A stretch of DNA of 64,000 nucleotides from Spirochaetaceae bacterium (GTDB lineage Bacteria; Spirochaetota; Spirochaetia; DSM-2461), in the NCBI GenBank assembly GCA_051531975.1, contig JAOPTT010000001.1, positions 1-64,000 on the forward strand, in the 5' to 3' direction. The notes below the pieces were generated by a model, which saw only the letters and a program-made list of their open reading frames with translations, made no database searches and was not told the DNA's origin. Shown here in pieces: positions 20,043-31,774 of the stretch; position 1 is the first letter of the stretch; each line of letters opens with the position of its first letter. Made by a program: the position numbers and the translations under genes.

Positions 20043-22396
20043 TTAAAATCAATGAGGATAAGCTTGAATTCCACCTGTATACAAAAAATACAAGCTACTT
20101 GATGACAGTTATCCCATCTAAACATCTTGTAAACCTTCACTATGGTGGGCGTTTTGCCCATCAGGATAACTTTAGTCATCTTTACCAGAATTTCAGTTCA
20201 TCCTTAGGAAGTTCAACTAATTATGATTCTACAGATGATGTATTTACATTGGATTCAACTAGACTTGAAGTTGGAACCAATGGTAAAGGGGATTATAGGG
20301 AACCTTCACTTCATATTAAATATAAAGATCATTCTAGAGTAAGTGATTTTAAATACTTCTCATATAAGGTTATTAACGGGAAACCTGACCTTGATGGATT
20401 GCCTAATACATTTGGTACTGAGGGTGTTAAGACATTAATTATTACACTGTATGATGATATAAAAGATGTCTATCTTCACCTCTCTTATTGTGTTTTTTAT
20501 GAAACAGATATAATTACAAGAAGTCTGCAGATAGAAAATGGGAACCATGCAACGATAACTCTTCAAAAAATAATGAGTATGAATATCGATTTTATGGATA
20601 GCGATTACGAACTATTAACCCTTGAGGGTAAGTGGATTAGAGAGGGACAAATAAACTGCAGAGAACTCAATAAAGGTGTTTTTTATATAGACTCTAAAAA
20701 GGGTGTTAGTGGTGCTAATCATAATCCATTTATCTGCCTTAAAAGAAAACATACAACCGAGGAAAATGGGGAATGTTACGGCTTTGGTCTTGTTTATAGT
20801 GGTAATCACCAGGGTTTAGTAGAAGTTAATCCTCATAATTTAACCCGTTTACATATTGGGATAAATCCATTTGACTTCAGCTGGACTTTAGATAAGGGTA
20901 ATACTTTTCAAACCCCTGAAGTAGTTATGACCTATTCAAACTCAGGTCTTAGTAAGATGAGTAGTAACTTTCATAATATGATTAATCACAACCTGATTCC
21001 TTTAAAATGGCAAAATAGAGAACGGCCAATACTTTTTAATAATTGGGAAGCAACTTACTTCGGTTTTAATGAAAAGAAACTGTTAAACTTAGCAAAGTCC
21101 GCTAAAAACTTAGGTATAGAACTTTTTGTATTAGATGATGGTTGGTTTGGAAATAGGGACGATGATAGAAGCAGTTTAGGAGACTTTACTGAACACTCAA
21201 AAAAACTGCCTAATGGATTAGCAGGATTAAGTAAAAAAATAAATAAGTTAGGTCTTGATTTTGGAATTTGGGTTGAACCTGAGATGGTATCCATTAAAAG
21301 TAATCTATATAAAAAACACCCTGAATGGGCTGTAAAGTTACCAGGACGTGAACCATCCCTTGGGCGACATCAGTTAATACTTGATCTATCAAATCCAGAT
21401 GTTATTCAATATCTTTATGACTCGTTAAAAGAAGTTTTAATTAATTCAAATGCAAAATATGTAAAATGGGATATGAATAGAAATTTCAGTGACTGTTATT
21501 CTAACTATCTTGGGGTAGAACAACAGGAAGAGTTTTCCCATCGATATGTTCTTGGTTTATACGGTCTATTAAACCGTTTAACTACTGAATTTGAAGATGT
21601 ACTTTTTGAATCTTGCAGTAGTGGTGGAAATAGGTTTGATCTTGGAATGCTGAATTATATGCCCCAAACATGGATTAGTGATAACACTGATGCCACAGAG
21701 AGGCAAAGTATCCAGTATGGAATGTCTATGTTATATCCAATAAGTAGTATGTGTGCCCATGTTAGTGGAGAACCATCACACCAGGTTCTACGAAATACAC
21801 CTATAGAAAGTAGATTTAATGTAGCCGCATTTGGAATCCTCGGTTATGAAATGGATATAACTAAACTTTCAGATTTTGAAAAAAAGGTTATTAAGAAACA
21901 GATTGAATTTTATAAAGAGCACCGTAAATTACTTCAGTTTGGAACTTTTAGACGTTTAAAATCACCATTTGATAATAATCAGTCCCTATGGATGGTAATA
22001 AATGAGGACAAATCAGAAGTTCTTATTGGTTATTACCAGAAACTACAGGAGAGTAACGGTGGATTTGAGTCGATAAAAACTCCAGGTCTAATACCTGACG
22101 GAACCTATACTATAAGAAACAGGGATCAATTTATTAATATTAGACATTTTGGTGCACTTGTAAACGATGAACTACCTATAGACTTAAAAATTAACGGTAT
22201 AATCCACAGTTTAGTAAGTGAACGTTATATGTATCAATTAGAAGTTCAAAGTACAACAATTAAGGGTGACCAGATTATGAATGCTGGATTTCTACCCTAT
22301 CATCAATTTGTAGGAACAGAGCTAACAGCAAAAACCAGATTCATAGGTGACTTCGGGTCACGTATTTATCATATGAAACTAGAAGAGGAAAAATAA
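20039..22396 (+). CDS. GH36 alpha-galactosidase
   Basis: NNWEATYF, LFVLDDGWFG, FGIWVEPEM, YVKWDMNR, ESCSSGGNRFD, WISDNTD. Confidence 0.95.
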   Translation: MIKINEDKLEFHLYTKNTSYLMTVIPSKHLVNLHYGGRFAHQDNFSHLYQNFSSSLGSSTNYDSTDDVFTLDSTRLEVGTNGKGDYREPSLHIKYKDHSRVSDFKYFSYKVINGKPDLDGLPNTFGTEGVKTLIITLYDDIKDVYLHLSYCVFYETDIITRSLQIENGNHATITLQKIMSMNIDFMDSDYELLTLEGKWIREGQINCRELNKGVFYIDSKKGVSGANHNPFICLKRKHTTEENGECYGFGLVYSGNHQGLVEVNPHNLTRLHIGINPFDFSWTLDKGNTFQTPEVVMTYSNSGLSKMSSNFHNMINHNLIPLKWQNRERPILFNNWEATYFGFNEKKLLNLAKSAKNLGIELFVLDDGWFGNRDDDRSSLGDFTEHSKKLPNGLAGLSKKINKLGLDFGIWVEPEMVSIKSNLYKKHPEWAVKLPGREPSLGRHQLILDLSNPDVIQYLYDSLKEVLINSNAKYVKWDMNRNFSDCYSNYLGVEQQEEFSHRYVLGLYGLLNRLTTEFEDVLFESCSSGGNRFDLGMLNYMPQTWISDNTDATERQSIQYGMSMLYPISSMCAHVSGEPSHQVLRNTPIESRFNVAAFGILGYEMDITKLSDFEKKVIKKQIEFYKEHRKLLQFGTFRRLKSPFDNNQSLWMVINEDKSEVLIGYYQKLQESNGGFESIKTPGLIPDGTYTIRNRDQFINIRHFGALVNDELPIDLKINGIIHSLVSERYMYQLEVQSTTIKGDQIMNAGFLPYHQFVGTELTAKTRFIGDFGSRIYHMKLEEEK

Positions 22397-22397
22397 T

Positions 22398-23762
22398 ATG
22401 CAAAAACTACCAAAAAAATTAAGAATCATTTACGCCCTGGGTCAACTTGGTTGGTCACTACTAGCTTCAATTATTGGAACCTGGTTAATTTATTTTTATT
22501 TACCTCCTGAAGGTTCAGGAATCGATATAGTAGTTCCCCAGGGTTCAATTTTTCTTGGAATTACACTAATTGGTATAATAATAGCTTTTGCTACATCTAT
22601 AGATGCATTAACAGACCCTTGGATAGCCAATAAAAGTGATAAGTGTAAACATAAACTAGGTAGAAGAATTCCATTTATGAGAAAAAGTGCATTTCCATTT
22701 GCTCTTCTGCTTGTATTGGTTTTTATGGTTCCCTACCAAGGGGAAATACATATTCTTAATTCACTCTGGTTATTAATTATTTTCACTCTTTATATAGTAG
22801 CTTACACAGCTTATGTTGTCCCTTATACAGCCCTATTAAGTGAGCTTGGAAGTACCAGTGAAGAGAGAATAGATCTCTCTACTTATATATCTGTAACATG
22901 GTTTTTAGGACTTGTAATAGCAACTTTTGCACCATCCATATGGGAAGTTATTATGAATACTTTTCATCTTTCTAAAACTCTATCGATGCAGATTACGTTT
23001 GGTATACTTGGACTAATTGCTTTTATATTAATGTTAATTCCGGCATATGGAATAGATGAAAAAAAATACTGTAAGGCAAGTTCAACAACCCTTGATATGA
23101 AGTCCTCAATTAAGTCTGTTTTTAAAAATATAAACTTCAGATATTTTTTACTTAGTGAGCTTGGTTATTGGTTATCAAACGGTTTTTTCCAGGCAACACT
23201 TGTATATTATATTACAATTTTAGCCCTTCAAAAAGAGAGCAGTGTTGGTCTAATTGTTACAGCCACCGGAATTATATCATTCCTTCTCTACCCTGCTGTT
23301 AATAAATTAAGTAAAAAATATGGTAAAAAGAAGTTAATGATAATTTCATTTTTATTCCTTATGATCTCTTTTATATACATAGTTTTTCTTGGGAAACTTC
23401 CATTTAGCGGTATTATTCAGATGATCCCAGTTATTGTTTTCTTTGCAGTTCCAAGTGCTATATCCGGTGTTTTACCAAATGCAATAATTGCAGATTGTGC
23501 AGTTTATGATGCTTATGAGACTGGTGAAAATAAAGAGGCTCTATACTTTGGAGTTAGATCTTTTTTAAGTAAAGTTGGTATCGCTTTATCAACACTAATC
23601 CTTCCATCAGTTTTAGCCATGGGTAAGTCTACAGATAATGATATTGGTATAAGAATATCAGTTATTATTGCTGCTGTTGTTGCACTATTTTCACTTCTTA
23701 TTTTCCTAAAATATGATGAGAAAAAAATAATGTCAAAAATAGAAAATATGGTTACAGCATAA
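22398..23762 (+). CDS. MFS transporter, GPH/MelB-like
   Basis: About 12 TM; DALTDPWIANKSD, GRRIPF, PYTALLSEL, IADCAVYD. Confidence 0.9.
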   Translation: MQKLPKKLRIIYALGQLGWSLLASIIGTWLIYFYLPPEGSGIDIVVPQGSIFLGITLIGIIIAFATSIDALTDPWIANKSDKCKHKLGRRIPFMRKSAFPFALLLVLVFMVPYQGEIHILNSLWLLIIFTLYIVAYTAYVVPYTALLSELGSTSEERIDLSTYISVTWFLGLVIATFAPSIWEVIMNTFHLSKTLSMQITFGILGLIAFILMLIPAYGIDEKKYCKASSTTLDMKSSIKSVFKNINFRYFLLSELGYWLSNGFFQATLVYYITILALQKESSVGLIVTATGIISFLLYPAVNKLSKKYGKKKLMIISFLFLMISFIYIVFLGKLPFSGIIQMIPVIVFFAVPSAISGVLPNAIIADCAVYDAYETGENKEALYFGVRSFLSKVGIALSTLILPSVLAMGKSTDNDIGIRISVIIAAVVALFSLLIFLKYDEKKIMSKIENMVTA

Positions 23763-23769
23763 TTTTTAA

Positions 23770-23793
23770 AGGGTGAAGATAAAATATCACCCT
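23770..23793. terminator. Hairpin between convergent genes (probably bidirectional terminator)
   Basis: AGGGTGA...TCACCCT stem between the MFS and oxidoreductase stops. Confidence 0.55.
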
Positions 23794-23810
23794 CTAAATT
23801 ATTTATCAAA

Positions 23811-24851
23811 TTAGTGTATTAACACCGGTTTTCCAGTTTCTGCACTTTCATAAAGGGCATCAAGAAGCTTCATAACAACAACTCCTTCCTTTGCAGAGGC
23901 AGGATGTTCCCTATTATTTAAGATAGCATCTGCAAAATAATACATAGAAGAATACTCCTTATTAGCTGAATTATTTAACTTCATATCAAAATGAGAACCA
24001 TCCTGCTCAGTAAATATTTCAGCTTCAAATTCATAACCACCATTTAAGTTTCGTTGAACTAGACCTCCCGAGGTACCCCAAAGCCTGGTTTCCATTAATT
24101 CTGCTTCTTTTATATTTCCAGCCCAGGAAGCTTCAACTGTAAGTGATGTACCATTTTTAAATTTAATCATCCCTGATGCAAAATCTTCAACTGTAAATTC
24201 TTTATCCTGCTTAACTGCTTCCACCCTGGCAATATGATCACTTGTTGAACATAAAACCCACTCTGGTTCAGGATAATCCATAAGCCATAAAGCAAGGTCC
24301 AGCCGATGTACACCTAAATCAATTAATGGGCCTCCACCTGCAAGTTCCTTCTTTCCAAACCAACCGCCAAAACCCGGTAACCCACGTCTTCTATGCCAAC
24401 TTGTTCTCCCATTATAGATATCACCAAGGACTCCATTCTCTACCTGTTTTTTCAAGGCCTGGGATTGTGCATTAAAACGATATGAAAAATTAATCATAAG
24501 CCTTTTACCGGTTTTTATACTGACTCTTTCCATTTCCAATGCTTCTTCCCTATTCATAGCCATAGGTTTTTCACATAATACATGACAGCCGTGTTCAAGG
24601 GCATATATAGAAAGGTTTTTATGGAACTTATTAGGTACTGCAATACTAATAATATCCAGTTTTTCTTTATCTATCATCTCTTGCCCTGAGGTATATTGGC
24701 CCAGAATATTAAACTCTTTACCAATTTTATCTAGTTTTTTTTGGTCTAAGTCTGCAATAGCAACTACTTCAACATCTTTATGTTGACGATATCCTTTAAT
24801 ATGGACTTTCCCTATTCCTAAACCAATTATTCCTACTCGTAACTTTTTCAT
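23811..24851 (-). CDS. Gfo/Idh/MocA family oxidoreductase
   Basis: [30 protein letters not shown]. Confidence 0.93.
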   Translation of the reverse strand: MKKLRVGIIGLGIGKVHIKGYRQHKDVEVVAIADLDQKKLDKIGKEFNILGQYTSGQEMIDKEKLDIISIAVPNKFHKNLSIYALEHGCHVLCEKPMAMNREEALEMERVSIKTGKRLMINFSYRFNAQSQALKKQVENGVLGDIYNGRTSWHRRRGLPGFGGWFGKKELAGGGPLIDLGVHRLDLALWLMDYPEPEWVLCSTSDHIARVEAVKQDKEFTVEDFASGMIKFKNGTSLTVEASWAGNIKEAELMETRLWGTSGGLVQRNLNGGYEFEAEIFTEQDGSHFDMKLNNSANKEYSSMYYFADAILNNREHPASAKEGVVVMKLLDALYESAETGKPVLIH

Positions 24852-25666
24852 CTGTGTTCTCCTGCTACATCCTGGGAACTCTGACGAACACCGGTTTTAA
24901 CAAAGTTGACATCTTTTTTTGATAACAGTTCCAATGGTTCTACCTCCGGACATATATCCTCGATACAAACACTGGCTGCGGCCCACAATGCAGCATTTTT
25001 TAATACCTTAAGTATTTGAGGATTATAAAATATAGGATAACTTTCATGTCCCGGACGGAAATAAAATATTCGCCCATGTCCCCTCTCCCAGACACAACCA
25101 CTTCTAAAAACTTCCCCTCCTTCAAACCATGAAAGAAAAATTAGTTTATCAGGCTCGGGAATATCAAAACGCTCTCCATACATTTCTGCATTAGGTAGTT
25201 CAATAAATTCTCCTATACCTTTAGTTATTGGATGTGATGGGGCAATATTCCACAATCGCTCTTTTTCCGCGACTTCTCTCCATTTAAGAGAACAGTTAGT
25301 ACCTAACATTCTTCTAAATATCTTAGAAAAGTGTCCTGAATGTAATACTATAAGTCCCATACCTTCAAGAACTCTTTTTTGAACTCGTAGAATTATTTCT
25401 TCCTCTACTTTATCATGGGCAATATGACCCCACCAAAATAGTACGTCTGTATTATCAAGTACATCCTGGGTTAATCCATGTTCAGGTTCTTGTAATGTAG
25501 CTGTTCGTATATTGAATAACTCTTTATCTTCAAGTCCTTTAGCTATAGCCATATGTAATCCATCAGGATACAGTAATTTAACACCTTCCTGCTCTTTTTC
25601 ATGAATAAATTCATTCCAAATTGTTATATTTATCTTTTTCATATCAACCTCCAACTGGTAACACAT
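24848..25666 (-). CDS. thuA: ThuA domain (trehalose utilisation) protein; likely start at 25642
   Basis: [58 protein letters not shown]. Confidence 0.88.
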   Translation of the reverse strand: MCYQLEVDMKKINITIWNEFIHEKEQEGVKLLYPDGLHMAIAKGLEDKELFNIRTATLQEPEHGLTQDVLDNTDVLFWWGHIAHDKVEEEIILRVQKRVLEGMGLIVLHSGHFSKIFRRMLGTNCSLKWREVAEKERLWNIAPSHPITKGIGEFIELPNAEMYGERFDIPEPDKLIFLSWFEGGEVFRSGCVWERGHGRIFYFRPGHESYPIFYNPQILKVLKNAALWAAASVCIEDICPEVEPLELLSKKDVNFVKTGVRQSSQDVAGEHR

Positions 25667-25765
25667 ATTAATATATTAGTCCTTGATAATCTAGAAATCA
25701 ATATTCATATGTGTTAAGATTCTTAGAAGTATTGTACATATCTTAGATTACAGGAAATTAACCCA

Positions 25766-26617
25766 ATGGACATATCTTTTAACTTAGATAAATTTATTAG
25801 AACAATATCCGATGGAAATTTCAAAATCCATATCCCAATATTATTACAAAACCAACTTTTAATATCCGATAGCCATTTCCACCACCATCCTGAAATGTTT
25901 CTACAATGCTCTGGAAGTTGTCTGTTTACTTTTCCATCTGAAGAAATAATATTAAATGAAGGTGAAATATTAATTATACCCCCGTTTTTCCCCCATAAAG
26001 AGACTGTTCTAAATACTGATAATGAATTTAAAAACATAGTTATCTTTGAGAATCAAAGAGGTTTTGGAATTCATATTGGGGTATTAGGAGAAAACAGTAG
26101 ACCTATTATAAACGATGCTATAATAATAGATACGAATCATATGGGATATTCTAAACACCTGGATAAAATATTAAATGAAACTAGGATTACTGATGGGTTA
26201 AATAATATAATTACAAACAACAGACTTCTAGTGATTATATATGATGTTTTATTGGCATTAAAGAAACCTGTAGAGCCTCTTTATAATAATGATAAAGTGG
26301 TAAAATGCACTAATTTAATTCAGGCACAAATAAGTGATCCCTACCTATCAGTTGCTGCTTTAGCAGATCAGCTTCAAATTAATCCTGATTATCTCTCAAA
26401 TATTTTTAGTTCAAATGTAGGTCTAACTATTATATCTTTTATTAATGGACAAAGAATTAATCTAGCAAAATATCTACTTGTAGGATCACAGTTAAACAGT
26501 TCCGAAGTAGCATGGGCCTGTGGTTATAGGAATCCAGGTTATTTCAACAGAATTTTTAAAGAAGCCTGTGGAGTTTCACCTTTAAACTTTCGAAAAAAGC
26601 AGACTATTAAAAATTAG
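25766..26617 (+). CDS. AraC family regulator with cupin sensor domain
   Basis: HFHHHPE cupin motif, C-terminal ACGYRNPGYFNRIFK. Confidence 0.9.
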   Translation: MDISFNLDKFIRTISDGNFKIHIPILLQNQLLISDSHFHHHPEMFLQCSGSCLFTFPSEEIILNEGEILIIPPFFPHKETVLNTDNEFKNIVIFENQRGFGIHIGVLGENSRPIINDAIIIDTNHMGYSKHLDKILNETRITDGLNNIITNNRLLVIIYDVLLALKKPVEPLYNNDKVVKCTNLIQAQISDPYLSVAALADQLQINPDYLSNIFSSNVGLTIISFINGQRINLAKYLLVGSQLNSSEVAWACGYRNPGYFNRIFKEACGVSPLNFRKKQTIKN

Positions 26618-26684
26618 ATGACATTTCTAGAATCTATATCTTCACTATTTCCTATAAACTAAAATAGGAATACATAACTTTTGT

Positions 26685-27680
26685 CTATTCAGTAAGTTTA
26701 ATCTTTAAACATAACCAAGGCCAAATAAATGTAATAAAAAAACCTAGCATAAAAGATCGACTATATTGCAGAACATAGGATAGAACTAAATTATCAAACA
26801 TCTTTACGACATTCCCTAGTCCATACCATAGGGTTAAGGTTAAAGCTATTCCTACTAAAAACCTAAAAACTCTTTTCCATACATTACCACCAGCATTAAA
26901 CTTAAAATATTTATCTAAAATTAGGAATCCTGATAAAAATCCAAACAGGATTGCTGAATCCCTTATTGGACTTAACAGTGATAGTGGGGTTATTAAAGAG
27001 TGATCTTCATGGGCAATAACTGCTCTACTTATCCACTCTTCAGGAACCTGCCAATCTGCCTGACTTAACCGAATAATTAATATTAAACAGAGTCCAAATA
27101 TTGAAGTAATAAAAACTATAACGAACTGAAAAGAGATTCTTTTTGTTTTAAACCAATTCATAAATGGACTCTCTAGCCTATTTATAAGTAAAAGAATAAA
27201 AAATCCAAGCACCCAACCTACAACTATTTGCGATGGAAAATGAACTCCTAAAAAAGATCTAGATAATCCTGTAAAAAATATAAATATAATTGATATTAAC
27301 CAAAACCAACTTTTCTTATTAAGAATTCCCCACATACCCCAAAAAGACATACTACCCTGAGCATGTCCCGATGGCATACCAAATGAGTGTTCAACACTAC
27401 CAGCAACAACATTTGAGTCTACCCAGTATGGACGAGGGGAACGTATTGAAATTTTTAGAATCGTATTCATTAAGCTACCAAAAAACACTGCTATCCCAAG
27501 TTTAATGGCATGTTTTTTATTCCATGACCAATAGATTGCAGCAATAACTATAAGATAAAACTCTCCATCTCCTAAACTAGTAAAAAAAGACATTAGAGGT
27601 ATAAATCTATCCCCTATATTTTGAAACAGATAGATTAATTCAATATCAAGATTACCCATATAATTATCTCCTATATGCAT
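26685..27680 (-). CDS. PAP2 family membrane phosphatase
   Basis: KISIRSPRP, PSGHAQ, SRSFLGVHFPSQ. Confidence 0.92.
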   Translation of the reverse strand: MHIGDNYMGNLDIELIYLFQNIGDRFIPLMSFFTSLGDGEFYLIVIAAIYWSWNKKHAIKLGIAVFFGSLMNTILKISIRSPRPYWVDSNVVAGSVEHSFGMPSGHAQGSMSFWGMWGILNKKSWFWLISIIFIFFTGLSRSFLGVHFPSQIVVGWVLGFFILLLINRLESPFMNWFKTKRISFQFVIVFITSIFGLCLILIIRLSQADWQVPEEWISRAVIAHEDHSLITPLSLLSPIRDSAILFGFLSGFLILDKYFKFNAGGNVWKRVFRFLVGIALTLTLWYGLGNVVKMFDNLVLSYVLQYSRSFMLGFFITFIWPWLCLKIKLTE

Positions 27681-27734
27681 TAATTAAGTAGGTTAACAAT
27701 ACCATTTCAGGTCATATAAAACAAACAAAAAATT

Positions 27735-29864
27735 CTAATTAGTTTTTTCACTTTTAAAGTATTTAGCTTTATTACTCACTAATTGTATAGAATCATGATT
27801 TGTAATAGTCATCTCCTGAATTGAGTATATAGACTGAGATATCTCAGTGATTCCTGTAGTTATCTCATCCATGCCATTATTAACCTGAGAAGTAATGCTT
27901 CGCAATGTTTCAATAGAGTCTAATATATTATTGTTACCTATAGACATCTCTTTAGAGCCAACTTTAACAGACTCTGATATCTGATTCATTTCCGTTAAAG
28001 CGTTTAAAATCTGAGTTGATCCCTCAGCTTGTTCTGACATAGCATATTCTGTCTCTTTATTTATCTGAGAAACTGTATTTATAATTGTTTGCATCTTATT
28101 ATATGAGGATTTAGAATCTTGAGATGCATTCATAATATTATTAACAGAAGCTTGCATATTATCTGATGTTAGTTTTACCATTTGAGACTGCTCTGATGTA
28201 CTAACAGCTAATTTTCTTATCTCATCTGCAACAACAGCAAATCCTTTCCCAGCTTCCCCTGCATGGGCAGCTTCTATTGCAGCATTCATAGCTAATAGAT
28301 TTGTTTGAGATGAGATATTATTAATCATTTCATTTGAGTCCTGTAAACGTGTAGACTTCTCCGATATTTCTTTAACTAATTCTGTTACGAGATCTTGTAT
28401 AATTGCTCCAGACTCTGATTCCTTCTCAAGATTAGTCATATGTTCAGATGATATTTTGGTGTTATTAGAAATTGACTTTATATTTCCCATCATCTCTTCT
28501 ATTGAGGCTGAAGATCCTGAGATACTTTGAAATTGATTCTCTATTGAACTATTTAAATTATCTAGACATACACCCATCTGCTCTACAATGCTAGCTGTAT
28601 CGTCTACATTTTTTTTTTGCTCATCCATTAGTGTTTGATTACTATTTATAGTTGAAGCAATTTGAGTCACCGAAGCACTTGTTTGTGTCATATTTGTTGC
28701 AAGAAATTGACCATTATCATTTAACAAATGAACTTGAGTCCTTAAGTCTTTAAAAAAATCTATAAGTTTTTGATTAAAAGAATTCAAGCTAATTTGAATT
28801 GCTGTGATTTCATCATTATTAGAACTATTTTCAGAGATTGTTAATAATTCACCTTCCTCCATCCTAGACATTGATTTTTGAATATTAATGACACGTTTTT
28901 TTAATATTTTATTCAAGAATATTATTATAGTCACAATACTTAATATAACCATTACAATATTTAAAAGTATAAGTACAGTTCTTACTTTTATTACTGGTTG
29001 TAGTAGAACAGATTTATCAATAATTGCAACAACTTTTAATCCATAATTATCCATTTGATAAAACCCTGAGACTTTTTCTATTCCATTTAGACTATAATTA
29101 TAATTCCCCTGTTCATTGGTGTCCTCAACAAGTGGTAAAGAAGATTCTTCTGAAGTTACATCAAATCCAATATAATTATCATCAGGATGGATTAAAATTC
29201 TACCTGAATTATCCATCATTAAAAGGTACGCACTTTCACCTAAATCATGTTCATAAAAGTGTTTTTTACCAAAATTATATAAATTTAAAGAAAACGTAAT
29301 AACTCCAATTAATTCACCTTGAGGATTCCTTATAGGGGCACCTACTAAATATACAAAATCACCATTTGTTAATAACTGTACAGGATTAGAACTGACTTTT
29401 ACTCCGAGTTTTTTATTATTTGAGAATGCAACTAAAAACTCTTCATTAGGAACTTTCTTTCCTATAATATTGCTGTTCGAAGATTCTGAAATATTTCCAG
29501 AGATATCATATATAAATACTTCTGAATATATATTACTAATATTTTTAAAAGACTCCAGAGTTGTAGTTATATCTGTTAAGTCCGGAGGTAGAGGAGTATC
29601 AGAGGGAAGATCTTTTGTTAGAGCGATCCATAAACTAGGATCTGAAGAAACTGATGATGTTAATATTTTTAATGATTCAATCTCTAGGTTAAATATTTCA
29701 GCAGATGATTTAGATATAACTAATTGCTTCTGACTTTGACCAAGAGTTACCTCATATTTAATAATATCATTAGTAATTATTGATATTATTGTTTGTAATA
29801 TAACAATTACTAATGTGAATATAGTACTTATTTTTACTGCTAATGGTATTTTATTTTTTTTCAT
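27735..29864 (-). CDS. Methyl-accepting chemotaxis protein with Cache domain
   Basis: Two TM, ILIHPD Cache motif, [34 protein letters not shown]. Confidence 0.95.
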   Translation of the reverse strand: MKKNKIPLAVKISTIFTLVIVILQTIISIITNDIIKYEVTLGQSQKQLVISKSSAEIFNLEIESLKILTSSVSSDPSLWIALTKDLPSDTPLPPDLTDITTTLESFKNISNIYSEVFIYDISGNISESSNSNIIGKKVPNEEFLVAFSNNKKLGVKVSSNPVQLLTNGDFVYLVGAPIRNPQGELIGVITFSLNLYNFGKKHFYEHDLGESAYLLMMDNSGRILIHPDDNYIGFDVTSEESSLPLVEDTNEQGNYNYSLNGIEKVSGFYQMDNYGLKVVAIIDKSVLLQPVIKVRTVLILLNIVMVILSIVTIIIFLNKILKKRVINIQKSMSRMEEGELLTISENSSNNDEITAIQISLNSFNQKLIDFFKDLRTQVHLLNDNGQFLATNMTQTSASVTQIASTINSNQTLMDEQKKNVDDTASIVEQMGVCLDNLNSSIENQFQSISGSSASIEEMMGNIKSISNNTKISSEHMTNLEKESESGAIIQDLVTELVKEISEKSTRLQDSNEMINNISSQTNLLAMNAAIEAAHAGEAGKGFAVVADEIRKLAVSTSEQSQMVKLTSDNMQASVNNIMNASQDSKSSYNKMQTIINTVSQINKETEYAMSEQAEGSTQILNALTEMNQISESVKVGSKEMSIGNNNILDSIETLRSITSQVNNGMDEITTGITEISQSIYSIQEMTITNHDSIQLVSNKAKYFKSEKTN

Positions 29865-29979
29865 TTAATTTTCCTTACATAAAATATTTCCATTTTTATT
29901 GTCTTAAAACAACAATTTTTATGTAAAAGAATTGTAAACTATGTAAAACTATACAAACTCGCCCATTTTTCGAACTTTA

Positions 29980-31593
29980 CTAAGTCACATATTTTATAAC
30001 AACTTGAAGACTACTACTAACCCTAACATCTTTCAAAAATTTACTTCTATTCAATTCATTTTGAACAGTAGAATTAACTTCTAATAGAATAACCTCTATT
30101 CCTGACTTATTTAATATCTTAATTATATCAGTTAGATTATGAAGTCCAGTAGAATCAATGAAGGGAACATGTCGCATACGTAAAATTAGAGTTTTGCACT
30201 TTAGATCTGAACTTAATATTAACTCCACATACTCTTTGGCTGTTCCAAAAAAAAGTGGTCCAGTAATTTCATAAATAGAAACATCTGATGGTAGACTTTT
30301 ATAGCTTTCAATATCATCAATATCAACATCATCTATAACAATTTTTGCTGAATCAGACATCCGTTTCATGAAAATAATAGAAGATAAAACAATTCCAACT
30401 TCTATTGCAACTGTAAGGTCAACAAAAACAGTTAATAAAAATGTTGATAGTAAAATAATAGAGTCAAACCATGAGCCTTTTAATATACTTCTAAATGTTC
30501 TCCATTCACTCATGTTATATGAAACTACAAGTAAAATACCTGCTAAGCAGGACATTGGTATTAGTTTTGCCCATGTTCCTAAAAAGACCATTATAAGCAG
30601 TAGAGTTATAGAATGTACAATTCCTGCTAGAGGTGTTCTCCCACCGTTTTTAACATTGGTAGCAGTTCTCGCAATTGCACCAGTAGCTGGTATTCCTCCA
30701 AAGAACGGAGTTACTATATTTGCAATACCTTGAGCTATTAGTTCAGTATTAGATCTATGATTACCACCTATCATTCCATCTGCAACTACAGCCGATAACA
30801 GTGATTCAATTCCACCTAAGAGTGCGATAGTTATTGCAGGTCTTATATAATATGGAATATCTGCCAAACTAAAAGATGGTATAGTGAAGCTAAAGTTATT
30901 AGGAATTTCACCAAAAAATGTTTTAATTGTAGATACAGGAATATTAAAAACATTAACAATCACTGTTATTAAAATAATAGCAATAAACGATCCTGGGATT
31001 TTCTTTATAATTTTACCTGAAAAGATTGTAATTAAAATAGTTATTATTGTTATTATCACAGCAGAAAAATTAATATCACCTATTTGAGAAAAATATGCAA
31101 ACCATTTACCAATAAAATCCGATGGTAATTTTTCTATATTCAGACCAAGGGCATCTTTAATCTGGGTAGAGAATATTATTAATGCTATACCACTTGTAAA
31201 ACCAACAATTAACGGATGAGGAATAAACTTAAGTAGAGATCCTAATTTTAATAAACCAAATATAATTAATATAAAACCAGCTATTATTGTAGAAATAATT
31301 AATCCATTAATTCCATAAAGTTCTACGATTCCATAAACTATAACTATAAAAGCCCCAGTGGGTCCTCCAATTTGAACCCGACTTCCACCTAATAGTGAGA
31401 TAATAAAACCTGCAACAATAGCTGCAATAAGACCTTTTTCAGGAGAAACTCCTGATGCAACAGCAAAAGCTATAGATAGTGGTAATGCAACAATACCAAC
31501 AACAATCCCGGCTAATATATCATCGATGATCCTCTGTCTATTCATTCCATTTTTTAACAAAGTAAAAAGTTTTGGTCTAAAAATATTTTTCAA
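29980..31593 (-). CDS. sulP: SulP family anion permease with STAS domain
   Basis: AGIVVGIVALPLSIAFA, QIGGPTGAF, ATGAIARTA, GPLFFG, VPFIDSTG. Confidence 0.93.
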   Translation of the reverse strand: MKNIFRPKLFTLLKNGMNRQRIIDDILAGIVVGIVALPLSIAFAVASGVSPEKGLIAAIVAGFIISLLGGSRVQIGGPTGAFIVIVYGIVELYGINGLIISTIIAGFILIIFGLLKLGSLLKFIPHPLIVGFTSGIALIIFSTQIKDALGLNIEKLPSDFIGKWFAYFSQIGDINFSAVIITIITILITIFSGKIIKKIPGSFIAIILITVIVNVFNIPVSTIKTFFGEIPNNFSFTIPSFSLADIPYYIRPAITIALLGGIESLLSAVVADGMIGGNHRSNTELIAQGIANIVTPFFGGIPATGAIARTATNVKNGGRTPLAGIVHSITLLLIMVFLGTWAKLIPMSCLAGILLVVSYNMSEWRTFRSILKGSWFDSIILLSTFLLTVFVDLTVAIEVGIVLSSIIFMKRMSDSAKIVIDDVDIDDIESYKSLPSDVSIYEITGPLFFGTAKEYVELILSSDLKCKTLILRMRHVPFIDSTGLHNLTDIIKILNKSGIEVILLEVNSTVQNELNRSKFLKDVRVSSSLQVVIKYVT

Positions 31594-31774
31594 ATTAGAA
31601 TCCTTATATATAAATTAACGCAATATAATATTATTTCTATTGTAAGAAACAATAAGAAGTAAATCCACCATGTTAGATCTTTTATATATATTTTTGCAGC
31701 CACTTAGCTATTTATATTGAGCAATTCTTGTATATATGGCATCAATCTGAGTATAACAATAAGTATTTGGATAT

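Noticed and set aside
29895..29960. TGTAAA repeats and a sigma28-like motif upstream of the MCP gene
   Set aside because: Irregular spacing and low information content in AT-rich DNA
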